Shown piece after piece: positions 54,115 through 64,000 of a stretch of DNA of 64,000 nt (position 1 is the first letter of the stretch; the number at the start of each line of letters is the position of its first letter). Made by a program: the position numbers and the translations under genes. Source of the stretch: Balanoglossus misakiensis (taxonomy: Eukaryota; Animalia; Hemichordata); the NCBI GenBank assembly GCA_040954595.2, contig CM082576.2, positions 978,648 to 1,042,647 on the forward strand, written 5' to 3'. Below the pieces are notes generated by a model that was not told where the DNA came from, searched no databases, and was given only the letters and a program-made list of their open reading frames with translations.

Positions 54115-57100
54115 ATGGGGTCTTCCAAAAAGCATAAAGAGAAGGATCGTGACCGGGAAGAGAGGAAACACAAACACAGAGACAAAGACAGGGATCGTGA
54201 TAGAGAAGAGAGAAGACACCGGCACAAAGATAAAGACAGGGACAGAGACAGAGAGAGAAAGAGGGATGAAGAGAGGTCCAGGAGAAAGAGAAGAAAAAGT
54301 GAAAGTGATGAAGAAGTGGCAGTGCCACCAGTGAAGATCAAACAGGAGAGACCTGAACATGTTCATGGTAGGTGAAATTATGATGAGAGAACTTTGATGG
54401 AACAGATGACACTTTTTTTGCGTGATGATTTCTAGTATCCTACATAAGTGGGATCTGGTTCTCTTAGTGGACACGACTATACCCCATGGCAACGATACCA
54501 TGGCAATGAGGGTGAGTTAGGGTTAGGGTTAGGAGGGTTAGGGGTGGCAATGTGAGGGTGAATTTAACCCTAACCCTAACCCTCCTAACCCTAACCCTAA
54601 AAAAACATATTATCGCCCGTGGAGTATAGTCGTGTCCACTAAGAGAACCAGATCCCATAAGTGTTGTCAATACCATCCAGCACCATTTCACAATCAAGGA
54701 TTCCTGTGGAGACCACTGGACAGACAGACAGACAACAAAGCAGAACATTAACTGTCATGTTATGTAGGATATGGGCAGATATGTACATCTGAACGTTGTG
54801 ACTATGTAAGGGTTGATTCTGATTGTTATGTGTGGCCTAGTCATTGACTAGATGACATGCTGTAATTTTCAAATTGTTGAATTATTAATGATTAGGTGCC
54901 GAGGGAGGTGAACATCCAGCAGGAGGAGCTGTGGGGGTTACTGATGGTGGTGGAGGTGGGGGTGATGGAATGTCGCTAAGCATTGAAGAAACAAAGTGAG
55001 TGTCTGTTCTTTCTATTTGTCTTAAATATCAATACTTCCAAATATCAATTTTATTTTTAACAGTAAGATGTCAAGTTTCAATTGACCACCAACACTTACT
55101 CTAACTCGTAACCCTCAACAATGAATAGGAATGTCTCACAGTCAAGCCGAGATTGGTACATTGTATATATCCAAGTGTATGGCCAAATTCTTATTTTATG
55201 TTTTTTGTTGACTGTTGCATCTGTTCTCACTCAACAGCAAATTGAGAATCAAATTAGGTTTGAAGCCTTTAGAAGTGACGGGCAGTGAAAGCAAAGTCAG
55301 TGGAGAGACAGAAGAAAAGCCGTATGATAAAAGAGATGATGTTCATAAACCAGCTGTCAATCTTGCAGAGGAAAGGAAAAGACAGGAAATCAGAGAAAAG
55401 ATGGAACTTATCAGGGAAAAAAGAAGAATTAATCAAAAACTTAAGTAAGTTTGATTTTTTTGCAATATAACCATCCAGTGGGGAAAAACTAGTGCTGCTG
55501 TTGTGTGCAGCGAACATATCACAAGAAATTGCTTGTTTTATTCGTTTGATGGTAAAATATCTCAAGTAGTTCAATAATTCATTTTTCTGTTACACTAAAC
55601 AGGATAATTATGGCGGTGTCACATACCCCCTTATTTTGTTTTTGTGTCTTAATTGATTACAGTAAAGTGAGAAGTGTAGCAGAGTTTGATGATGATGATG
55701 AATTAGACAGTGCCTTGGCATGGATTCAGAAAAGTCGGAAGTTGCAACAAGAGAAAGCAAAGGCTGCAAAGAGGGTGAGTGGACCATAATTTTGTGTTAA
55801 CTAGGATGCGGTTGAGAACAAAGAGCTGCACTGGTATTGACTGACTGTCGGTTAGCCACTGCCCAGAGTAAAATGGTTGAATAATTCTCTTTGCAACATA
55901 TTCTGTACCTATAACTCATTTTCCTGAACTTTGTAGGCAAAACTTTTAGAAGAAATGGATGAAGAATTTGGTGTTGGAGATCTTGTAGAAAGCGAGTTTG
56001 GAACAGAGGAGAGGCGGAGGCAGCTGGTAAGGAAAAGAAATGAAAAGTTGTGATGAGAAAACTTTATGATTGCTTTCTTTTTTGTTGCCAAGGGCAAGGG
56101 ATGGGTTATGCATAACAAGCAGTGACCTGTGATTTTTGGCACATGATTATGAATAGATGATTGTCTCAAATGTACATAGTCAAGAAGCTGAGTCTCATAA
56201 ATCTGTAAGCATTGCATTGTCAGCACACTCTATGTACAATATAAATACTGACTCATCTCTGTATTTTCACGGACAGGCATATACTGCAACAAATCTACGA
56301 GGTCTGACTGTACAGCACGCCAAAGACTCCTTCAAGGATGGACAGAGTGTAGTTCTCACCCTTGAAGACAAAGGTCAAATATTAGTCACTTTTTTTAAGT
56401 CTTTACACAGTCCTTGGCAATACCCAGCTCTTTCTGTGAAATTCATGCATAAAAGTGGTTTGTGATACGTGTGTGTGTTTATCCCTATGATTGGTACAGC
56501 CAGTTTGAGCAGAGTTAGAATATTTTTTTCTAATGATTATGAATCATACCGTTAGTGTACTAATGCTGCCTGCAAATACTGTCCAGTATAATCAGTAGTT
56601 GAGGAATGCATCAAAGTGTTTGCTGTATTGCAACTTATGTAAAATGTATGATCAGTAATTTGAATTCCACTTTCTTCTCTCTTTTTTTAAAATCTAGATG
56701 TTTTGGGTGAGGATGGTGACGTCCTTATGAATGTGAACATTAGAGAGTACGAGAAAGCTGCCAAGAATGTAGAATTAAAGAAAAAGAAACCTGCATACAA
56801 TCCGTATGCTGAGCCAGAGTTTGATGAATTTGGCATGGTAAGAAAAACTGTTTAGACCATTATCTGGGAGAATGGAGATTTTTGGCATAATTGTGTCTGA
56901 ACGGAAATCTTTAATTCGCATAAAGAAGTCAACTTTGTGGATATGTCATTTTTAAGATTTGATTAAAAGTTGTGGAAGATTTCAGTCTTTTTGATGTAAG
57001 TCTTATCATTCACACTCTTCCCCAATGCTGTTCATATTTCAGTTGAAAGAGAAGACCATGCTGTCCAAGTATGACGAAGAAATCGAAGGTGAAAAGAAAG

Positions 57101-60100
57101 AAAGTTTTAGACTCGGTGGAGGTGGTGCTGTCAGTCTGGAACACGACAGAGAAATGGAACAGATGAGACGAGAATTAAAACAAAATGTTGTAAGTCACAT
57201 TAATTGGTAGAATATACATACGTGCATGGTATGCTTTAGGTTGATATATTGTCTGAATCACTAAGACTCAAAGTACTGTCTTATACAGACTGTTCACTCC
57301 AATGTGCGTCTGTCAACTGTTGCATCAACCATAACTAGACATTTACCTCTTCAATCAATCTGTTCACCCTCATAACACCTGTTCTTTATTTCCTCATCAA
57401 CTCACAGTTTCAGTCACTAGACATGGCAGCTCCTATGCTAGCCACAGAATATTACACACCTGATGAAATGACAACATTCAGGAAACCAAAAAAGAAGAGG
57501 AGAAAAATTCGAAAACTGAAACCTGAAGATCTCCTTCCTGAAGCAGATGCTACAACACAAGATCATGGATCAAGGTAGTGTAATGTTATTTGTTTGGTTA
57601 TACATCCACAGATATAAATATGAACTTCTACTGCATACATTGTCTTTCCTAATTACCAGTTTCATTAGGAAGACACTCTTCATTGTAGACAGTTCTTCTT
57701 TAAAACACAGGTGTAAAACAAAACAAAAATTACTTTCACTTCAGGTCAAGAGTGCAAGGAAAGATGGATTTAGCAAAACTCACAGAAAGTCATTACACAG
57801 GACAAGAACCCACAGATATGGATGTTGATTTACCGAATATAGATGAGTCAGAAATATTAGGGCCACCAGAAGAGGAGGAAGGTTACACAGTGATTGAAGA
57901 TGATGCACAGTTAGAATTACAGATAGCTCTGGAAAAAAGCAGACGAGTCAAGCAAAAGAAGGACACTGCAAAGGGAGCAGAAAGGGTAAGTTATTTGTAG
58001 TAGAAGAAGAGCCAGGAATACAGTTGACTAGATTGATTGCCAACTGCCAACAAAGTGTCTATTTTGAAGCCAAAAAGAAACTTGCAAAAGCTGATGGTTG
58101 TGCAGTTTTCCTAAGGACTACATGATATCTTTAATGAACAACATTTTTGTGTCTTCAGGTTGCAGAAGTTGTGTCGGCAAGTACAGAAGATAAGCCAATG
58201 GATGATGCAGAAGATGCAACGATGTCTATTGTACTCAATGCTACATCTGAATTCTGCAGAACATTGGGAGAAATTCCAACATATGGTATGTGTATTAACT
58301 TTTTAGAAAGTTTACCTACATTATTAAACAATGTACGAGGAAATGTGGAAAACAGTGACAGTGGATTTTTGAATCCTGATACAATACCAATAGGTGCAGA
58401 GGACAGTTTCTAAAATCTTTTCAAAATACCAAAAACCAAATCGGTCACAGTACTCTCTGTCTCTCCACCAGGAACTTCTGGTAACCGGGAAACCAACGAG
58501 GAAGAGATTCCAGACATTGAACAGGAAGATGAGGGGCAGAACATGGAAGATGATGAGGAAGAGGGTGTTCAGGGGTGGAATGCAGTTGATTTGGAAGCAG
58601 AGAGGAGAGCAAAAATGAAGGTCAGTAACTGTAGTCTCTACTTCTGCCATGCTTTGACATTCTTTATCTCATTAGTGTGGTTCCAAAACCAAAGAAATCA
58701 AGTAGGTGGAAACTGTTACCTCCTCCCTCTCAATCCCTTATTCCTGGATCACAGTGTCTCTGACTATTGTTGTTCTGTAGACAACCATTGTTTATATAAT
58801 TTCATTTCAGGAAGAGGATGCACCAATCTTAGAAGACGAACCACAAATCACATCTGGCATTGCAGGTGCTTTGCTGGTGGCTTCAAAGAAAGGTTATCTA
58901 GACAGAGAAAGTGATCAATTAAGTGCTGCTGCCAAAGCGAAACGTGGTAACATTGAAGCAAGGAGCTACACTATTGAAGACAAAAATCACTTGTGAGTAT
59001 GCAAATAAACAAAAATAAGGGAGATATTACTTTTAATAAGGATGTTAGCATGTCTACACACCTCTTGAGGTTTAGGATTGTGACATTGAATGCTGATAAT
59101 CTGTAATGATGATTTATCTGAAACATCGAGAAGACATCTTCTGTGATGATGACTTACGGATCTACTGAACAGATTACAGCAAACACGGAATGTACTTAAT
59201 AGTAGACAATAAGAAATAAGAAACTTATGAGAAACTTGTAAGAAATAAGAAACTTGCCAAGTTGCATTCAAGTATTCATCTGCCAAACGTTTATATTTCT
59301 CTTTGTATTCAATAAAGTCAAGGTGTTAATTTTGTTGATGTTTCAGTGAGGAAGACAACAAACACAGCCGTTACCATGACAAATATAGAGGACCTGTGGT
59401 GGAATTCCGAGAGAAAGACAGTTACAAACCTGATGTCAAAATTCACTACCACGATGAAACAGGACGAGATCTCAATCAGAAAGAGGCAAGTAAAAGTGAG
59501 GCTGATTGTTGAGTGGTGATTCTGATGCCCTACATAATAGCACGTGTAGAGAGTAATGGGATTTGTAGTCAAGTGGCACAATATGGAGTATCATTAACAA
59601 GATGTTTCAAAACATTTTTTTCAGGCTTTCAGAGTTCTGTCACATCGTTTCCATGGCAAAGGATCGGGCAAAATGAAGACAGAAAAGCGATCCAAGAAAC
59701 TGCAAGATGAACTGGTGAGTAATATGATCATTCGATTGAGTGAGTGCATGAGATTTTGATTTTTTCTACTCCTTGCTGATTTGTTATCCATGTTCGATTT
59801 GCAGATGATGTTACAGATGAGCTCCACAGACACTCCATTGAACACAGTGGCCAGACTTCAAGAGAAACAGAAACAACTACAGACGCCATTCCTGGTTCTG
59901 AGTGGAGGAGGCAAAACGCTGGAAGAGTAAGTAGCCATCAGTGTGGCTAGAAATGTTTCTATGACAACCCAAAACGAGCTATCAGGATTGAAGCCAAAGA
60001 AGTTGAATTCCGTGTTTTGTGTACCTGTGTATGTAACTTTTTGGAAGCCACGACAGGAAAGAAAGTTACATGTATTAAAATGCCTTCAATGGTTCAAGCA

Positions 60101-60269
60101 ATGAATGTGACTTTGTTACCCCTCTGAAGTATGACTCCCCCACATGACTTGTAATGTCTTGTAGGGGGTTACACTTTAAGGAAAGACAGTATGAGATGCT
60201 CAAGTACATTGATAAATTGATGTTGAAATTGTTTGTTTACTTTGCAGGAACACCATGATTAAGAAGTGA
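54115..60269 (+). CDS. SART1: U4/U6.U5 tri-snRNP-associated protein 1 (SART1/Snu66), ~794 aa, 17 coding exons
   Basis: Exons 54115-54367, 54896-54995, 55238-55444, 55663-55774, 55937-56026, 56277-56373, 56698-56837, 57043-57189, 57408-57574, 57745-57985, 58159-58285, 58472-58620, 58811-58992, 59347-59485, 59625-59714, 59805-59926 and 60248-60269 sum to 2385 nt in frame. Motifs: MGSSKKH start, HIND motif [37 protein letters not shown] and [24 protein letters not shown]. Confidence 0.96.
54450..54656. mobile_element. 207-bp fold-back MITE with 33-bp perfect TIRs, 6-bp TSD and inverted TTAGGG/CCCTAA arrays
   Basis: TIR GGGATCTGGTTCTCTTAGTGGACACGACTATAC at 54450-54482 and its reverse complement at 54624-54656. 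TSD ATAAGT at 54444-54449 and 54657-54662. Internal telomere-like arms face each other. Confidence 0.9.
59097..59176 (+). ncRNA. Intronic box C/D snoRNA, predicted 28S rRNA guide
   Basis: 8-bp terminal stem TAATCTGT/ACAGATTA, C box ATGATGA (59106-59112), internal CTGA and TGATGA boxes, and D box CTGA (59165-59168). The guide TTACGGATCT is complementary to the conserved LSU rRNA stretch (A)GAUCCGUAA. Confidence 0.8.
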
Positions 60270-60936
60270 TGCAGACAACAGCTGAAGCGAGAACGATCTT
60301 GTAATTGCTATTTCGTCATGTCAAGGACTGTCGGTCTGTTATCTGTCAGTCCAAAATGTACAGTTGTATGATACTATCTGCTGTATGCTGACTCATGTAA
60401 AAACTTAAAGACTGCCATTAAGTGTGGCATCAGCCAGATATGTTCTTTGAAGACATTTTGCTATTTCAAGTGTCACAAACGTTTTAGTTTGCAAAGACAC
60501 GGTTACTAGAAGAAGTAACCGTGGCAAAGATTAAAACAGAAAAACATATACAAGTAGCAAGGAATTTGCACTTTGCAAGATATCAATGTTTGTGTACAGC
60601 CCATCATGGTACAATTAAAATTTTTGTCACGATGTCTTTGAAAGGATTTTTTTTTTTGAGAGAGAGTAATGTAAGACTTCTTTTTAAGAGCCATTCCGAG
60701 TCAGAACCAAGGATGGGATAAAATAGTTACTGATAAAAGTCTTGTAATAAATCCATTGATATTTAAAACATTTTGTAGTAGACTGCTCTGCATTTTCACT
60801 TTGCCTACCCACTCCACTCCACTGACACCCCTCGCCTACCCCATCCAGCTATCCACACCTACCACCTGGATGTTGTATCTCAATAATTAAAATACATGAT
60901 TTTCCACCCACTGCGAGATCTCGCCAGACATGCTAA

Positions 60937-60950
60937 ATTACCATAGCAAC
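60937..60950. promoter_or_regulatory. RFX X-box-like motif upstream of the CATSPERE-like gene
   Basis: ATTACCATAGCAAC, one mismatch from GTTNCCATRGNAAC, about 290 bp before a donor GAG|GTAAGA at ~61236 (probable 5' UTR exon). Confidence 0.5.
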
Positions 60951-61653
60951 AGGTTGATAGCCAGTAAATACCAGTCAATTTGGATGAAACTTGAATATGT
61001 GCAGAATTTAACAACAAGCCATGTAAGTGCAAGTCCTCCCTGATTGGATAGCTTGTGTGTGCAGGTGCACATGTCCATAATGGTTATCTAATATTCAAAT
61101 TTCTGTCTCACTATTAATTTGCATCTTGCCAGCGTGCAAAGTTTTTTTCATTTTGCCACGTCAGGCCTTCCAGGCTACATGTCTGTGACCACTGCACTGC
61201 ATGCTTTTTGAGCCCTTGAAAGCTTCACCATCAGAGGTAAGACTGTTGAAATACACTTCCATTTTAATGCTTACTCTGGTGAAATTCTGCCGGGTTGAAT
61301 TTGCACCGGTGACCGTATACGATACTTGAAAATTGAAATAAATACTAGTAAACCAATATCAGGTTTTCAGTCAGTGGACCTCACAAAAATGACGATAACC
61401 ACGGCCATGCATATCAAAATGCTGTCGATGAGGGCGCCCTTTACCCATTAGTTTTTGTAGTCTGCTCCATGAGTCTGCTCTGGATCATTGGCGGTCTCAC
61501 TATCCGTCAATATTTCTGCGGATCCTTGAATGGGTAAACATTCAAGTCTATCACAAATCGCTTGTTATTGTCATGGGACAAGTAATTGATGTACAACAGC
61601 CTCTGTGAATGTACGTTTATCCGCTGGAGAAGAGTACAAAAACTGCAACGAGT

Positions 61654-63984
61654 ATGACTCGACTGCTTGTAGTTGTAGTACTCATAGGCATCCCAGCGAT
61701 TGCGGAAATATGTGCAACAAATACTCTGAAGTGGAGGTTCGTAAATATAGCCTTGGTTTTTAGAAGTAGTTTTTATGTAAGAATCATTACGAATGAATGT
61801 CACATACCAGTTGAATCAGAACATCACGAGAGAATGAAATCTGGTGACTGCAAAAAAGTCGGGGGAAAAAGCATCACGTAGAGATCAGTTGAGCCTCGAG
61901 GCTGGCCGTGGGACTCGGAGACGGCCATATTTTTCATTGATCAAGCAGAAAAAAAAGAAGCGATTCAGCTTGGTATAATTTTTAGTGATTGACATTAATT
62001 TATAGACACAGACACATGTGGAAACTGAGACTTCTGACTGTTACAGATTCCAAGTACCCGGGGCAGATATCGGAGCTACATTCCATGTCAGAAATCCAGT
62101 AAGTCTTTAATACACCTTTCTGAACTGAAGTTTGATGATATTCCATGATAGTAGAATTTAAACATATCATCGATGTGTATATGTTTGTCTGTTTATTGAG
62201 CCTTCATGACAGGATATAACAATTCCTTATAACTTGTCAAAAACGCGATAAACTAGAGTACAAATCTTAATGTATATGTGATAGTAACAGATTACAAATT
62301 GTTTCTAAAAGTTTCTGGTAGAATATCTGTCAGCTATTGAGGGTACATTGACTTGGAGCGCTAGCAAAGGTTGTCATGTTTACAACAACAGGTAAGAATA
62401 TTTTCTTTGAAATGAATTTGTGTTTGGATGGTAATCAGCATACATGAGCTGCTATGTTTAAGAAAATATTTTGATAAAAGTGCACAAACTAGTAAAAGGA
62501 TGTTTGGAAAAATAATTGTTCTGATGTTGCTCTTACTTTCCACAGTGCACCAGTGACCCAAATACTGTGCAGAGAAGCAGGTGCACATACAATCAAACTA
62601 CAAGAATGGGTGAGTTACTGAAGATTACACAGAGACAGTTTGTTAGGTGGAAACAGCTACTGTATGTAACTTTGAAAAAAAAGCAAGTGCTATACAGAAG
62701 TAACAACTCTAAGTATTATTTTTGACATTTCTTCCAATAACATCCTGATGTTTTTTTATTGCAGAATGGATTACTGAAGGAAACATCCCAGCAAATAATG
62801 GTAGTTGATGACCCTAAGTGTTACAGATGGTATTTGGTAACCATGGAAACTGTTACCAGTGACAGGTATGCAAGTTACATTAGGGTTACCACTTCGTTTG
62901 GGTAAACACATTTGGTTGCGCACAACGGTGGTCCATGCATTTCAACGCCAGTCGCCGTACGTCAGCTGACCGATGATAACAATAATTTATATAAAATTTT
63001 CCCTTTCTTTTAAAACAAAATATATAATAGTTAATACTGGGGTTTTATTTAGCAGTATTCCAACAGAATCAGAATCCTATTCATGGAGATTGTGGATTAT
63101 TGATCCAGCACATGCAGATGACGAGGAGAGAAATTTTACTGCAATACTGCCCTCACAGGTATAATTTAAAAATGGAGATATCTCTTCCCAGCCTGATCTG
63201 TTGCACAAATGTGACTTCTGTAAATATATATTGGGTCAACAAAATACAGATTTTCTCACATTTAGTATTTCTTTAGGTAAAGCTTCATAAATGATGATTC
63301 TGTCTGGTCTTGTGTTTAGTGATGAAGAAAATTGAGTGAAGCATACTTTGGAAATGCTCATGATGCTGTACCTGAGACTTTAAAATTATCCCTTGCATAC
63401 ATATTTTAACAAAATGAATCCTTTATTTTTTATCTAGCTCTCTGCAGACTTGACAGCACAGTTCATTGCAAAGCATCAAGATGCTGTTATCAGTCTAGTG
63501 CCCTCACTGGTAGGACAGGAGTTTACTATCATGTCAATGATACCACACTACAGCTTAGGGTATTATGCTTTAAATGCATCATCAAAAATAAATATAGTAA
63601 GCAGAGTAAAAGATATGTGTGTCATGCAGAATATGAGAATGGAAGGAAACTTTCAGCTGATGTAGGATATAAGATAACGAATTAAGAGTTGATCATGTCC
63701 TATCAGTTTCCCCACGTAAAATACCAGTACCTATTTTCTTGAGGGGGAAATAAACTACATATCAGAAGTGTCGCAAAATTTGTTTGCATACAGGTACAAC
63801 AGTAAGACTATACTTTGTTAAAAAAAACACTGACCAAACTCGTATAGCAAGGAATGAACTCCTGGCATTGTTGTCTATACAGATACTGGGACATAAGAGG
63901 TGATCTAAAATACAAAGATACATATCAAATGAGAGTCAGGATAATGGGAAAACCACATGTTGCAGTTGGAAATTGTTTTATCAG
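61654..63984 (+). CDS. CATSPERE: CatSper channel auxiliary subunit epsilon-like, 5' part (continues beyond window)
   Basis: Exons 61654-61736, 62047-62098, 62312-62391, 62546-62609, 62765-62865, 63056-63158, 63438-63559 (donor uncertain) and 63883-63984 are phase-compatible. A signal peptide is followed by WR..EY..W....C....SAPVTQILCREAGAHTIK..CYRWY..LWIIDPAHAD..PS..GYW..NCFI, collinear with the CATSPERE N-terminus as I recall it (WRY..LEY..W..C..SPTTELRCSSPGVHAIK..CFLWY..W.YDPE.AD..EPS..GTW..DCFI). Confidence 0.8.
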
Positions 63985-64000
63985 GTAAGTTTAGAAATTA

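Noticed and set aside
54517-54600. Possible ancestral telomere-telomere chromosome fusion site
   Set aside because: The arrays are very short and enclosed by perfect TIRs and a TSD inside an intact gene's intron, so transposition explains them better.
54038-54748. Antisense hydrophobic/Leu-Ser ORFs and the RVRVR/LTLTL ORF
   Set aside because: These are shadows of the purine-rich SART1 exon 1 and translations of the TTAGGG arrays in the MITE.
1-64000. CRISPR arrays, operons, tRNA/rRNA genes, hammerhead ribozymes, autonomous transposons
   Set aside because: The DNA is eukaryotic with spliced genes. I saw no repeat-spacer arrays, cloverleafs or transposase/RT ORFs, and the CTGATGA hits I checked lacked the paired GAAA core.

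Overview
AT-rich, intron-rich animal (eukaryotic) genomic DNA, probably from a marine invertebrate. It is not prokaryotic, and most entries in the supplied ORF track are spurious. Splicing GT-AG exons by hand with phase checks gives six protein-coding genes. (1) A FAM53-like gene (+, 1265..28802) with a ~21 kb intron. (2) An ~889-aa minus-strand gene (41705..32404) that joins an SYCP1-like N-terminal coiled coil to a C-terminal beta-spectrin-type PH domain; this is the most unusual item. (3) ZC2HC1C (-). (4) ASB3 (-). (5) SART1 (+), divergent from ASB3, with a GC-AG intron, an intronic C/D snoRNA and a fold-back element carrying telomeric repeats. (6) The 5' part of a CATSPERE-like gene (+) running off the window end. 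There are also small MITE-like elements, microsatellites, uORFs and RFX X-box-like motifs. All homology calls come from my recall of family motifs, not from database searches.
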